A DNA stretch of 24,362 nucleotides, from the IMG/VR virus record IMGVR_UViG_3300029925_000012, positions 1 through 24,362 of that record; one strand, written 5' to 3'. The notes under the pieces were generated by a model. It made no database searches. It was given only the letters and a program-made list of their open reading frames with translations, and was not told the DNA's origin. Positions 17,925 through 24,362 of the stretch are shown in pieces. The number at the start of each line of letters is the position of its first letter. Positions within the stretch are counted from its first letter, which is position 1. This stretch comes from a virus (taxonomy: Duplodnaviria > Caudoviricetes). Both the position numbers and the translations under genes were made by a program.

Positions 17925-19511
17925 CTAGAAATCTGCTTCAAGCGGATCATAGTCATGCTCTGCTTGTCTGGGTTGCGTATTCATTGAGTTTTCCGTCATT
18001 ATCGATACTTCAGCGGCAAAAGTAAGAGCTAACGCATCCCCGATATCAGGGCTTTCTACTCCTCGTTCTACCATATCTTTTTTAGTCTCTAGATGTATTT
18101 TGTTTCCGGTAAGTGTATATCCATATTCTCTTTGCGTCAAGTCAGCCTTAAGCTCCAGACCACACGACTGATTAAGAGCAGGTAAACAAAGGCGAGGAAG
18201 CTTATCTCTCAAGTTACCCCACATCTCGTCTGACTTGTACCGATATGTCTTAGTATCTGTAGGCCCAGAGCCGAACTGAACCTCTGTCACATTATACCCA
18301 AGATCCATTAATTGGTCTACCACGCCGCCACCTACGCCCCCACCATCTACAAATAGAGCCGCGTAGTCCATCCCCAGCGCCCTGAACGCCCTAACAGTCT
18401 CAATGACCTTGCCTACTAGCTGCACAGTATTCAAGCCCTTGTACCGGCCTCTACCTATGACTGGTGCCCATGAACGGCAATCATTGCCGATGCGAGGGTA
18501 GATTACACTATCGTTATCCCCAAAGCGGGCCACGTCAACGCCTATAATCAACGGAGCAAAAGGATCATTTGCTATCTCCCGACGCTGAGCGTCCTCTACT
18601 AAGTCTGTCGCAATGAACTGGGTAGAACCAGCTGACGGGAACAAACCTCGTACACGTACTTTGAAGAAATCACTGTCCTCGCCATAATCTTCGAGCCACG
18701 CTTTGATGCGTTTCTTATTAGTGATGTTGACGTCTCGGCTGTCGATGCACCGAACTCTATAGCGATGACGAAATCTGCCAGCGCATTCTTCATAGAAGCG
18801 GCCAGAGTTACGGGTCCCGTTGCCAAAATCGAACACCATTGGTTCCCCGTCAGTAGTCCCACCTTCCCGAACTTCGAAGATTTTATCCGGCACCGCTGAT
18901 GCTTCATCGAAAACATAGAACGAAGTGGCCGACGCGGCATGCTGACCCGCGAAAGCTTCTGAATTCTCTTCCCTACAGGTCTGTCCATCACAGCGCCATT
19001 CCTCTTTAAAATCCTTGTGTGTAAGGTTCATGGCACCCCGGCCAGAGTTATACGTAAACCAATGCTCAGTCAGAGACATCTTATGCCACTTACCCAACTC
19101 CGCCCATGTTTTGGTCTTCAACTGTTCAGCTGTATTTGCTGTTACAGTCCCTTTAGACATCGGACGGGTATCCATAATAAACTTGATGATCCAAGCAACC
19201 AACGTAGACTTACCGATACCGTGGCCGCTCACTGTAGCGTAGTTAAGAGGATCTACTGCGTTAGCCCCATCAAAACCGTTAGCGCGAATATCTTCGCCCC
19301 ATTCATCTAAAAACTTACAGGCCCATACATCAGGACCGTACTTACTGCCCGGGAACCGTTCTTTGTAAGGAGACTGGAGCTCGATCATCTGAATAGGTTG
19401 ATATGTGTCCCACGGCCAATTGAACATGACGTAGCCCAACGGATCATCAAAGAACTGCGCTAGTTCATCCGCTAGTATTTCATCTCCAGTTCTGGTATCA
19501 CGTGATCCCAT
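17925..19511 (-). CDS. terL: Terminase large subunit
   Basis: Walker A SGHGIGKS, Walker B YVFDEAS, nuclease motifs IGVDVARFGDNDSV and SPDIGDALALTF. Start most likely 19511 (TAATG overlap); the ORF track extends to 19526. Confidence 0.96.
   Translation of the reverse strand: MGSRDTRTGDEILADELAQFFDDPLGYVMFNWPWDTYQPIQMIELQSPYKERFPGSKYGPDVWACKFLDEWGEDIRANGFDGANAVDPLNYATVSGHGIGKSTLVAWIIKFIMDTRPMSKGTVTANTAEQLKTKTWAELGKWHKMSLTEHWFTYNSGRGAMNLTHKDFKEEWRCDGQTCREENSEAFAGQHAASATSFYVFDEASAVPDKIFEVREGGTTDGEPMVFDFGNGTRNSGRFYEECAGRFRHRYRVRCIDSRDVNITNKKRIKAWLEDYGEDSDFFKVRVRGLFPSAGSTQFIATDLVEDAQRREIANDPFAPLIIGVDVARFGDNDSVIYPRIGNDCRSWAPVIGRGRYKGLNTVQLVGKVIETVRAFRALGMDYAALFVDGGGVGGGVVDQLMDLGYNVTEVQFGSGPTDTKTYRYKSDEMWGNLRDKLPRLCLPALNQSCGLELKADLTQREYGYTLTGNKIHLETKKDMVERGVESPDIGDALALTFAAEVSIMTENSMNTQPRQAEHDYDPLEADF
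19494..19509. promoter_or_regulatory. 16-bp palindromic site, copy 4 (GGTATCACGTGATCCC), overlapping the terL start
   Basis: 15/16 match to consensus. The minus strand reads ATG GGA TCA CGT GAT ACC (M-G-S-R-D-T). Confidence 0.7.
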
Positions 19512-22363
19512 TAGTTTGGCGTCCATGAGGAACCTACCATTCTGATATTGCTAACTGTGTTGTCCCATGTTGCCGTAATGTCTGTAGCTGTCTCCGCCGT
19601 AGTAATGTTACGAACTGCGCTCGTATGGCGTATCTCAAAAGCTACATCATAGTTCTCTGCGGCGTTTGTCCATGTAGCGCCTTCTGCTGTGGTAGTGTGG
19701 CCTACTGTAGCAATCGCTCCACCATTTGCGGCGATATCCAGTGTCATGATTTCACTCGTTCCGTCACCCGGTGCAGCATTATCCGTGCCATTGACTGTGG
19801 TGTTGGCGTCATCTACCAGATAGACGCCTATGCCGAGCCGGGATGTACTTGCTGTAGGAGTGACTACGATATCATTGAGACTGCCCCCCGAGTGAGTATA
19901 TTGCCAGTGCGCCGTATGTGAGAAACTTGACGCTGTAGCTGCGCCGGATACTGCTGACGCAGAAGCAGCATCAACAGTTATCGTGCTGATAGTGTGGGCC
20001 GTACCTCCTCGCGATACGGGCGCTAGAATAATCTCACCCGCTGCGACTGAGCCAAACGCTGCATCAGCATCGAAGGTGTACGAAGTAGCGTTAGCGTTAC
20101 TGAAGAAAGACCCAAGGAAGGTAATAAAGGCGCTAGTAACTACTGTAAAGTTCCAAGTTGTCTTATCAGAAATACCAGCAAAAGATTTACTAGATAGTGT
20201 TCCGTCAATAGCTGTAGCATCTACTTGTACGTAAACACTAACTCCATTAGTAAAAGTAGACGTCATATGACATATAAATTTATTACCAGATAACTCAATT
20301 TGGCCAGCGCCTGTACCTTGTTCAGTGGCGACGTTAAATGCTTCGATTAACACATCACCAGACGCATTAAACACCGATACATTACCTGTGCCGAATGCTA
20401 TTGGCTGATCGAATGTTGCTGTAGGAGCTACCCCTACAGCGATATCGGTTCCATTGTCAGCGGGGGATAAAGTGACAATCAGTGGAGCAGGTCGCTTAGT
20501 CTCATCCAGTGTGCCAGCATGGCCCGGGATATTCGTATCAAAGACGGCAACCTCTAGTGCTCCCTCTGTTCCGCTTGTGGGGGTAAAGAACGTTACTAAT
20601 TCTGCTCCATCATTCACGTAGAAGCCGGGAGTTGGTTCTCCATCACCGGGAAACTTATCTCCATAGTCTCCATCGGGAGTAAGAGCAGCCCCACTAATCC
20701 CCATTATTACGTTACTAATTCCAGTTGATATAGAACTAAAGGACACAGCATCAGCTAAGTTATTATAAACTAGGTTACCTTCAGTAGAAGTCTCATCCAG
20801 ATCTATCTTCATACCATACGAAAGAGTAGCGCCCTCTTGCAATACGCATGTATTAAACCCTATAAGACTACCTTCTATCCGATCTAACGTTAGGCCGTGG
20901 GTGTCATCTACGATCACCATGTTACCCTCAACTACCCAACCGTTCATTGACCCACCAGTTAGATTAGAGAATATACCTTCTGACCTTCCCGGTAAGAACA
21001 GGGAATCGACGTGGCTATCAATAATCCTGTTCATTGTAACCCGGCCACCATCCCACGTACCAGTATTCTGTAGAATGTCTAGGAATTGAGTGGCATCTGT
21101 ATGAGGATTTCTAAAATCCTTTGAATTGGATATAGATCCTTCGAATACATTCTGGTCTAGTATGACTGTGGAATCGCCATATGTTTCCCTGTTAATCTGC
21201 ACACTGTCAGTATAATTATTTTTAAAGTAGTTGCCCCGGATTATCAAATCGCCAAGACCAGCCAATCCAACGCCATTACTCAAATCATGAACATAGTTAT
21301 CTTGGAAAGTAATTCTAGTGCTGACTACACCATGCTGTATAGTGACAGCGTTCACGTTGTTTATCAGGGTTGTTGCTCTATACAACGTAGCACTCGCTAC
21401 ATCCACTACGGCAGCGCCGCCTAATGGGTCGGTTATGGCCTCGCCTGATGTAAATTCTTCCCCAGTATCGTTAATGTCCGGGTCTGCCCCATCAAGAATA
21501 AGAGTGCCTGTGGTGCCGTTATCTATAACCCCGACAATCGCTACAGACTTACCAGACGTTGCACCTGTCACATTTTGCCCGACAGTGAACGCTCCAGTCT
21601 CTCCAGTATAATCAAGTCTTGGTCGATAGTCTCCATCGGGATCAAGAGCACCAAACTGAGAGGTAAATTCACAACCCTGTATGACCATGTCTGTAACAGT
21701 GTCTAGGAAGATACCTCGTTTTCCATCTGCATTTGGGGGATTGAATTTTATGCGAGATATCGGTACACCACCGACTACTGCTATCTGACCATCAATTGTG
21801 AAGTTTGTAACAGTATCAATCAATATCTCTTCGTCAATTATTACTAGAGCATCGGGATACGCTGCGATAGTAAATACACTGCTGAAAACTCTAGTCAGAT
21901 AATCTGCATCAACTGGAGTAATTGTAACTCCATCGCGTATACGTAATGTCTTACCTGAAAGAGTGGCTGTCGCTATAGCTAGAACGGTTCTATACTCTGC
22001 GTCACTCGCCACACTGTATTCATTTGCATCAGCTGTTATAACTGCGTCGAACGTTTCCGTACTTGTATCTGCAAAGGTAGCAGTACAGTTGAGTGTGGTA
22101 TTACTGGTGAAGGTATTTCCCACACTTGTTCTAATGGTTGCGCCAGACGTCTCAAAATCACTAGCAGAACCCAAAGAAGCGCCATCAATCACAATGGATG
22201 TAACTGTTCCTGATGTCGGAACCACAGTGAAGGCCCCCGCTTGGTCAGCTGATAATAGCCCATACCCAAAAGGCTGATTGGCTATCTGCTCAGTAACAAT
22301 AATTATCGGCTTCCCACTCAGTATAGTGGTAACCATAAGCGCTCGATTATTTATCAACGCCAT
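19511..22363 (-). CDS. Large putative fibre/spike or adhesin: right-handed parallel beta-helix, SbsA/Big_5-like Ig domain and C-terminal beta-rich domain
   Basis: Beta-helix repeats (ITFQDNYVHD, IIRGNYFKN, ILDQNVFEG, HTDATQF, VVEGNMVI) and an Ig-like segment (LSPADNGTDIAVGVAPTATFDQPI...FAGISDKTTWNFTV). Start most likely 22363 (MALINNR, AAGGGG RBS). Confidence 0.75.
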   Translation of the reverse strand: MALINNRALMVTTILSGKPIIIVTEQIANQPFGYGLLSADQAGAFTVVPTSGTVTSIVIDGASLGSASDFETSGATIRTSVGNTFTSNTTLNCTATFADTSTETFDAVITADANEYSVASDAEYRTVLAIATATLSGKTLRIRDGVTITPVDADYLTRVFSSVFTIAAYPDALVIIDEEILIDTVTNFTIDGQIAVVGGVPISRIKFNPPNADGKRGIFLDTVTDMVIQGCEFTSQFGALDPDGDYRPRLDYTGETGAFTVGQNVTGATSGKSVAIVGVIDNGTTGTLILDGADPDINDTGEEFTSGEAITDPLGGAAVVDVASATLYRATTLINNVNAVTIQHGVVSTRITFQDNYVHDLSNGVGLAGLGDLIIRGNYFKNNYTDSVQINRETYGDSTVILDQNVFEGSISNSKDFRNPHTDATQFLDILQNTGTWDGGRVTMNRIIDSHVDSLFLPGRSEGIFSNLTGGSMNGWVVEGNMVIVDDTHGLTLDRIEGSLIGFNTCVLQEGATLSYGMKIDLDETSTEGNLVYNNLADAVSFSSISTGISNVIMGISGAALTPDGDYGDKFPGDGEPTPGFYVNDGAELVTFFTPTSGTEGALEVAVFDTNIPGHAGTLDETKRPAPLIVTLSPADNGTDIAVGVAPTATFDQPIAFGTGNVSVFNASGDVLIEAFNVATEQGTGAGQIELSGNKFICHMTSTFTNGVSVYVQVDATAIDGTLSSKSFAGISDKTTWNFTVVTSAFITFLGSFFSNANATSYTFDADAAFGSVAAGEIILAPVSRGGTAHTISTITVDAASASAVSGAATASSFSHTAHWQYTHSGGSLNDIVVTPTASTSRLGIGVYLVDDANTTVNGTDNAAPGDGTSEIMTLDIAANGGAIATVGHTTTAEGATWTNAAENYDVAFEIRHTSAVRNITTAETATDITATWDNTVSNIRMVGSSWTPN

Positions 22364-22367
22364 ATTA

Positions 22368-22862
22368 TTACCCCTTAAGCACGCCAACTCTTATCGTAAG
22401 ATCCGACGTAGATGCATAGGTCGGAGTACCCCGGGACACAATAGCTGCATATAAAGTATTCCCACTGGGCAACACAAACGGAATGGCCAGTTGTAAAGCT
22501 TGCCCCACGGAATTATCGCTAAACGCCGCATACGTTGTGACCTGTGCTACGCCTACGATGTTCACCAGATCAAGATCATCCACGTCAAATGCTGCATTCA
22601 AAGTGAACGTCGTACTAGTTGGGTCCGTATCAAAGAACACCACATCCAGAGCGGCAGACTGCGCACCAAGGTCAGTAATAATAACAGATTGGATCAAACC
22701 ACCAACTGGCCCTCTCTGGTCTGCGTCGCCTTCTACAGCCGCTACTAAACTGATCTTATTCGCTATCAAGTCTCCAGACGCATAAAGAGCTGCCTGAACA
22801 ACAGCTGTCTCCTCTATGTAATGCTGAAAGAACGAGTTCGCCTTACTAACTGCGCTAGCCAT
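22368..22862 (-). CDS. Hypothetical phage structural protein (beta-sandwich-like)
   Basis: 164 aa with an AGGAG RBS. Pattern YASGDLI...GGLIQSVIITD...VFFDTDP...LYAAIVSRGTPTY. Confidence 0.72.
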   Translation of the reverse strand: MASAVSKANSFFQHYIEETAVVQAALYASGDLIANKISLVAAVEGDADQRGPVGGLIQSVIITDLGAQSAALDVVFFDTDPTSTTFTLNAAFDVDDLDLVNIVGVAQVTTYAAFSDNSVGQALQLAIPFVLPSGNTLYAAIVSRGTPTYASTSDLTIRVGVLKG

Positions 22863-22875
22863 TTAATCTCTCCTA

Positions 22876-22929
22876 TTATTTACCGGGCCGAGGTTTACGT
22901 TTGATTGGTTTACCGGGATGTTTAGGCAT
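22876..22929 (-). CDS. 17-aa basic Pro/Lys-rich micropeptide MPKHPGKPIKRKPRPGK
   Basis: AGGAGA RBS just upstream, double stop TAA TAG. It fills the gap between terS and the next gene's RBS. Confidence 0.65.
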   Translation of the reverse strand: MPKHPGKPIKRKPRPGK

Positions 22930-22939
22930 TTATCTTCTC

Positions 22940-23509
22940 CTAATGAAGTGTTTCAGCGTTATCCTCTTTACCGAGCCTCTTACGGCCAGCATGAAGTCTC
23001 TCAATCAATGAAGCCCCACTAACCTCCAACTTGTCATCAAAGATCCCCAAGACCCTAGCCAGTGCATTCAATGCAGTAAACGCATCACCAGTTTTGATCT
23101 TAAACTTCTTAACTCTTATAGCCCCCGGTCCCCGTCCCTCAGTATACGTATCTACACTAAGCTCATTAATCAATGCCAGATCTTCATCAGGTGCAGCCGT
23201 AAAGTCCCAAGCTAGTGTTCCATCCGACTGGATCACCTTATACTTAGCTAACACACTACCGCTATCTGCAATCCGCATAAGACGTTTTATTACCCAGTCC
23301 TCAGATAGTTCCATCTTCTCGGCTTGCTCAGCTCGACGCTGCGCTATAAAAGCTATCACCTCTGGGCGATTGAACACGATATCAGCCCTATCCTTGGACG
23401 TATTCTCACTATACCCAGCAGTTCGCATCGCATCGGCTTTAACACCGCCATTAGTGAGAAAGGCGTGCACCGCTATCCTATGCTTGTCTCTGAGTACAAT
23501 CTTGGCCAT
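22940..23509 (-). CDS. terS: Terminase small subunit
   Basis: N-terminal HTH-like segment (ADAMRTAGYSENTS...RPEVIAFI), LSEDWVIKRLMRIA, and C-terminal KIKTGDAFTALNALARVLGIF. First gene of the late operon. Confidence 0.88.
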   Translation of the reverse strand: MAKIVLRDKHRIAVHAFLTNGGVKADAMRTAGYSENTSKDRADIVFNRPEVIAFIAQRRAEQAEKMELSEDWVIKRLMRIADSGSVLAKYKVIQSDGTLAWDFTAAPDEDLALINELSVDTYTEGRGPGAIRVKKFKIKTGDAFTALNALARVLGIFDDKLEVSGASLIERLHAGRKRLGKEDNAETLH

Positions 23510-23615
23510 TGTTTCATATTCCTATATTTTACTTGGGGGATTGTGTTTCCCGCCTCCCCCGTAGCGGCTGCGAGAGATTTAGCCGGGGAAGAGTGCAAAT
23601 CTCAATCGCCCTTAT

Positions 23616-23644
23616 AGGGTACATTATGTGGGCCATTTAGTCAA
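23616..23644 (-). promoter_or_regulatory. Putative sigma70-type promoter for the terS/late operon
   Basis: Minus strand TTGACT (23644-23639), 17-nt spacer, TACCCT (23621-23616). Predicted start is about 100 nt upstream of terS. Confidence 0.55.
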
Positions 23645-23658
23645 ACCGTACCACAGAA

Positions 23659-23690
23659 GGTACTATAGCTGGTACTATAGCTGGTACTAT
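23659..23690. repeat. 12-bp tandem repeat GGTACTATAGCT x2.7
   Basis: ggtactatagct ggtactatagct ggtactat, just upstream of the putative late -35. Confidence 0.9.
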
Positions 23691-23728
23691 TCCTTGCGGA
23701 ACAGGCTCAATCTGATCAAGATCTGGTT

Positions 23729-23744
23729 GGTATCACGTGATGCC
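23729..23744. promoter_or_regulatory. 16-bp palindromic site, copy 5 (GGTATCACGTGATGCC), in the control region
   Basis: 15/16 match to consensus, about 85 bp upstream of the putative late -35. Confidence 0.7.
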
Positions 23745-24095
23745 GTTTTCCTGATAATAGCGTGGGTTAAGCCTTTAATATCATTAGCCTCTTTTGGTTT
23801 TTTTCCGGGGATTTTTATGAGATATCCTTGGCTTATCCCGAGAGTACCTAGATTTTTTTTCTTATATTTCCCCCTTATTTGCTGTGGATCTTTGGAGGGA
23901 TCTAGCAGGTGGTGTGGCGTGCACAGGCCCCCGGTGCCCCGAAGTCGCTCTCCAAAGAGGGCACCCCCTATACATTTGCTGGGGTATAGCAGTACCACAG
24001 AGGGCAGGGGCTAGCCTGAGAAAAACTAGGGGTACATTCTGCTTAACACAAGCAGATTATAGCTATAGATAAGCATGGGCTAAATGCTCCCACGT

Positions 24096-24124
24096 TTCAC
24101 AGGATTGGCGAGGCTGGGTATAGT
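24096..24124 (+). promoter_or_regulatory. Putative rightward sigma70-type promoter
   Basis: TTCACA, 17-nt spacer, TATAGT (5/6 and 5/6 to consensus), followed by GGAGG and an ATG at 24141. Confidence 0.45.
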
Positions 24125-24362
24125 CTATCTGGAGGTACTAATGACCCTCAATAGACAGCTTAAGACCCTCAAATACTGGGCCTGAGAGGGTGCTTGGGGG
24201 CCTTAGTATAAATAGACCTAAACAATACCTCAAATACCTTTATACCCTCAATCAAACGCTAAGCCTTGCCTCGTATGGGCTGCAATCACTAAGCCATGCA
24301 ATAATAGCACTTGACAAATAAACACCAAAGGCGCACGGTCCACGGACATTATTTATAGGGAA

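Larger units (their letters stand above)
1..24362 (-). mobile_element. Podovirus-type bacteriophage (or prophage) packaging/head/tail/ejection module, BPP-1/APSE/T7-like synteny
   Basis: Co-oriented, tightly coupled genes terS-terL-portal-scaffold-MCP-cement-tail tubular A/B-GNAT-three ejection proteins. No host genes or att sites are visible. Confidence 0.96.

Noticed and set aside
3351-19509. 18-bp perfect inverted match between 3351-3368 and 19492-19509 as a second nested stem
   Set aside because: It extends only 2 nt beyond the shared palindrome, so it is largely explained by the motif itself
4786-23617. Numerous short plus-strand and alternate-frame ORFs overlapping structural genes
   Set aside because: They lie largely or entirely over well-supported minus-strand genes and have shadow-like composition with no recognisable motifs
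3351-23744. Palindromic repeats as a CRISPR array or IS/MITE ends
   Set aside because: Spacing is kilobase-scale and irregular, with no spacer structure and no cas or transposase gene
23628-24072. ORFs 23628-24014 (+), 23687-23998 (-) and 23884-24072 (+)
   Set aside because: They cross tandem repeats and homopolymer tracts of the control region and have implausible composition and no clear RBS
24311-24340. Perfect TTGACA -35 hexamer
   Set aside because: No acceptable -10 element at 16-18 nt spacing (CACGGT at 17 nt)
1-24362. Diversity-generating retroelement as in BPP-1
   Set aside because: No reverse transcriptase and no TR/VR pair with adenine-specific mismatches was seen in this window. 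One could lie outside it.

Overview
The window is the virion morphogenesis module of a short-tailed (podovirus-type) dsDNA phage with BPP-1/APSE/T7-like gene order, encoded on the minus strand. Reading right to left: a divergent-promoter control region, terS, a 17-aa basic peptide, two accessory structural genes (one a ~950-aa beta-helix/Ig-like protein) between terS and terL, terL, a Pro-rich gp6.7-like protein, portal, three beta-rich accessory genes, a Bbp19-like gene, scaffold, major capsid, Bbp16-like cement, a coiled-coil protein, tail tubular A, tail tubular B/nozzle with four FCCH-like repeats, a GNAT-like gp13, and three ejection proteins. The last ejection protein (at least ~1550 aa) is missing from the ORF track because it runs off the left edge. 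The most striking unexplained structure is non-coding. Five copies of a 16-bp parS-like palindrome, GGTATCACGTGATACC, are dispersed across the module. Two of them sit inside a 34-bp inverted repeat (32/34 identity) that brackets the scaffold-capsid-cement-163aa gene block. Family assignments come from motif recognition and synteny, not database searches.
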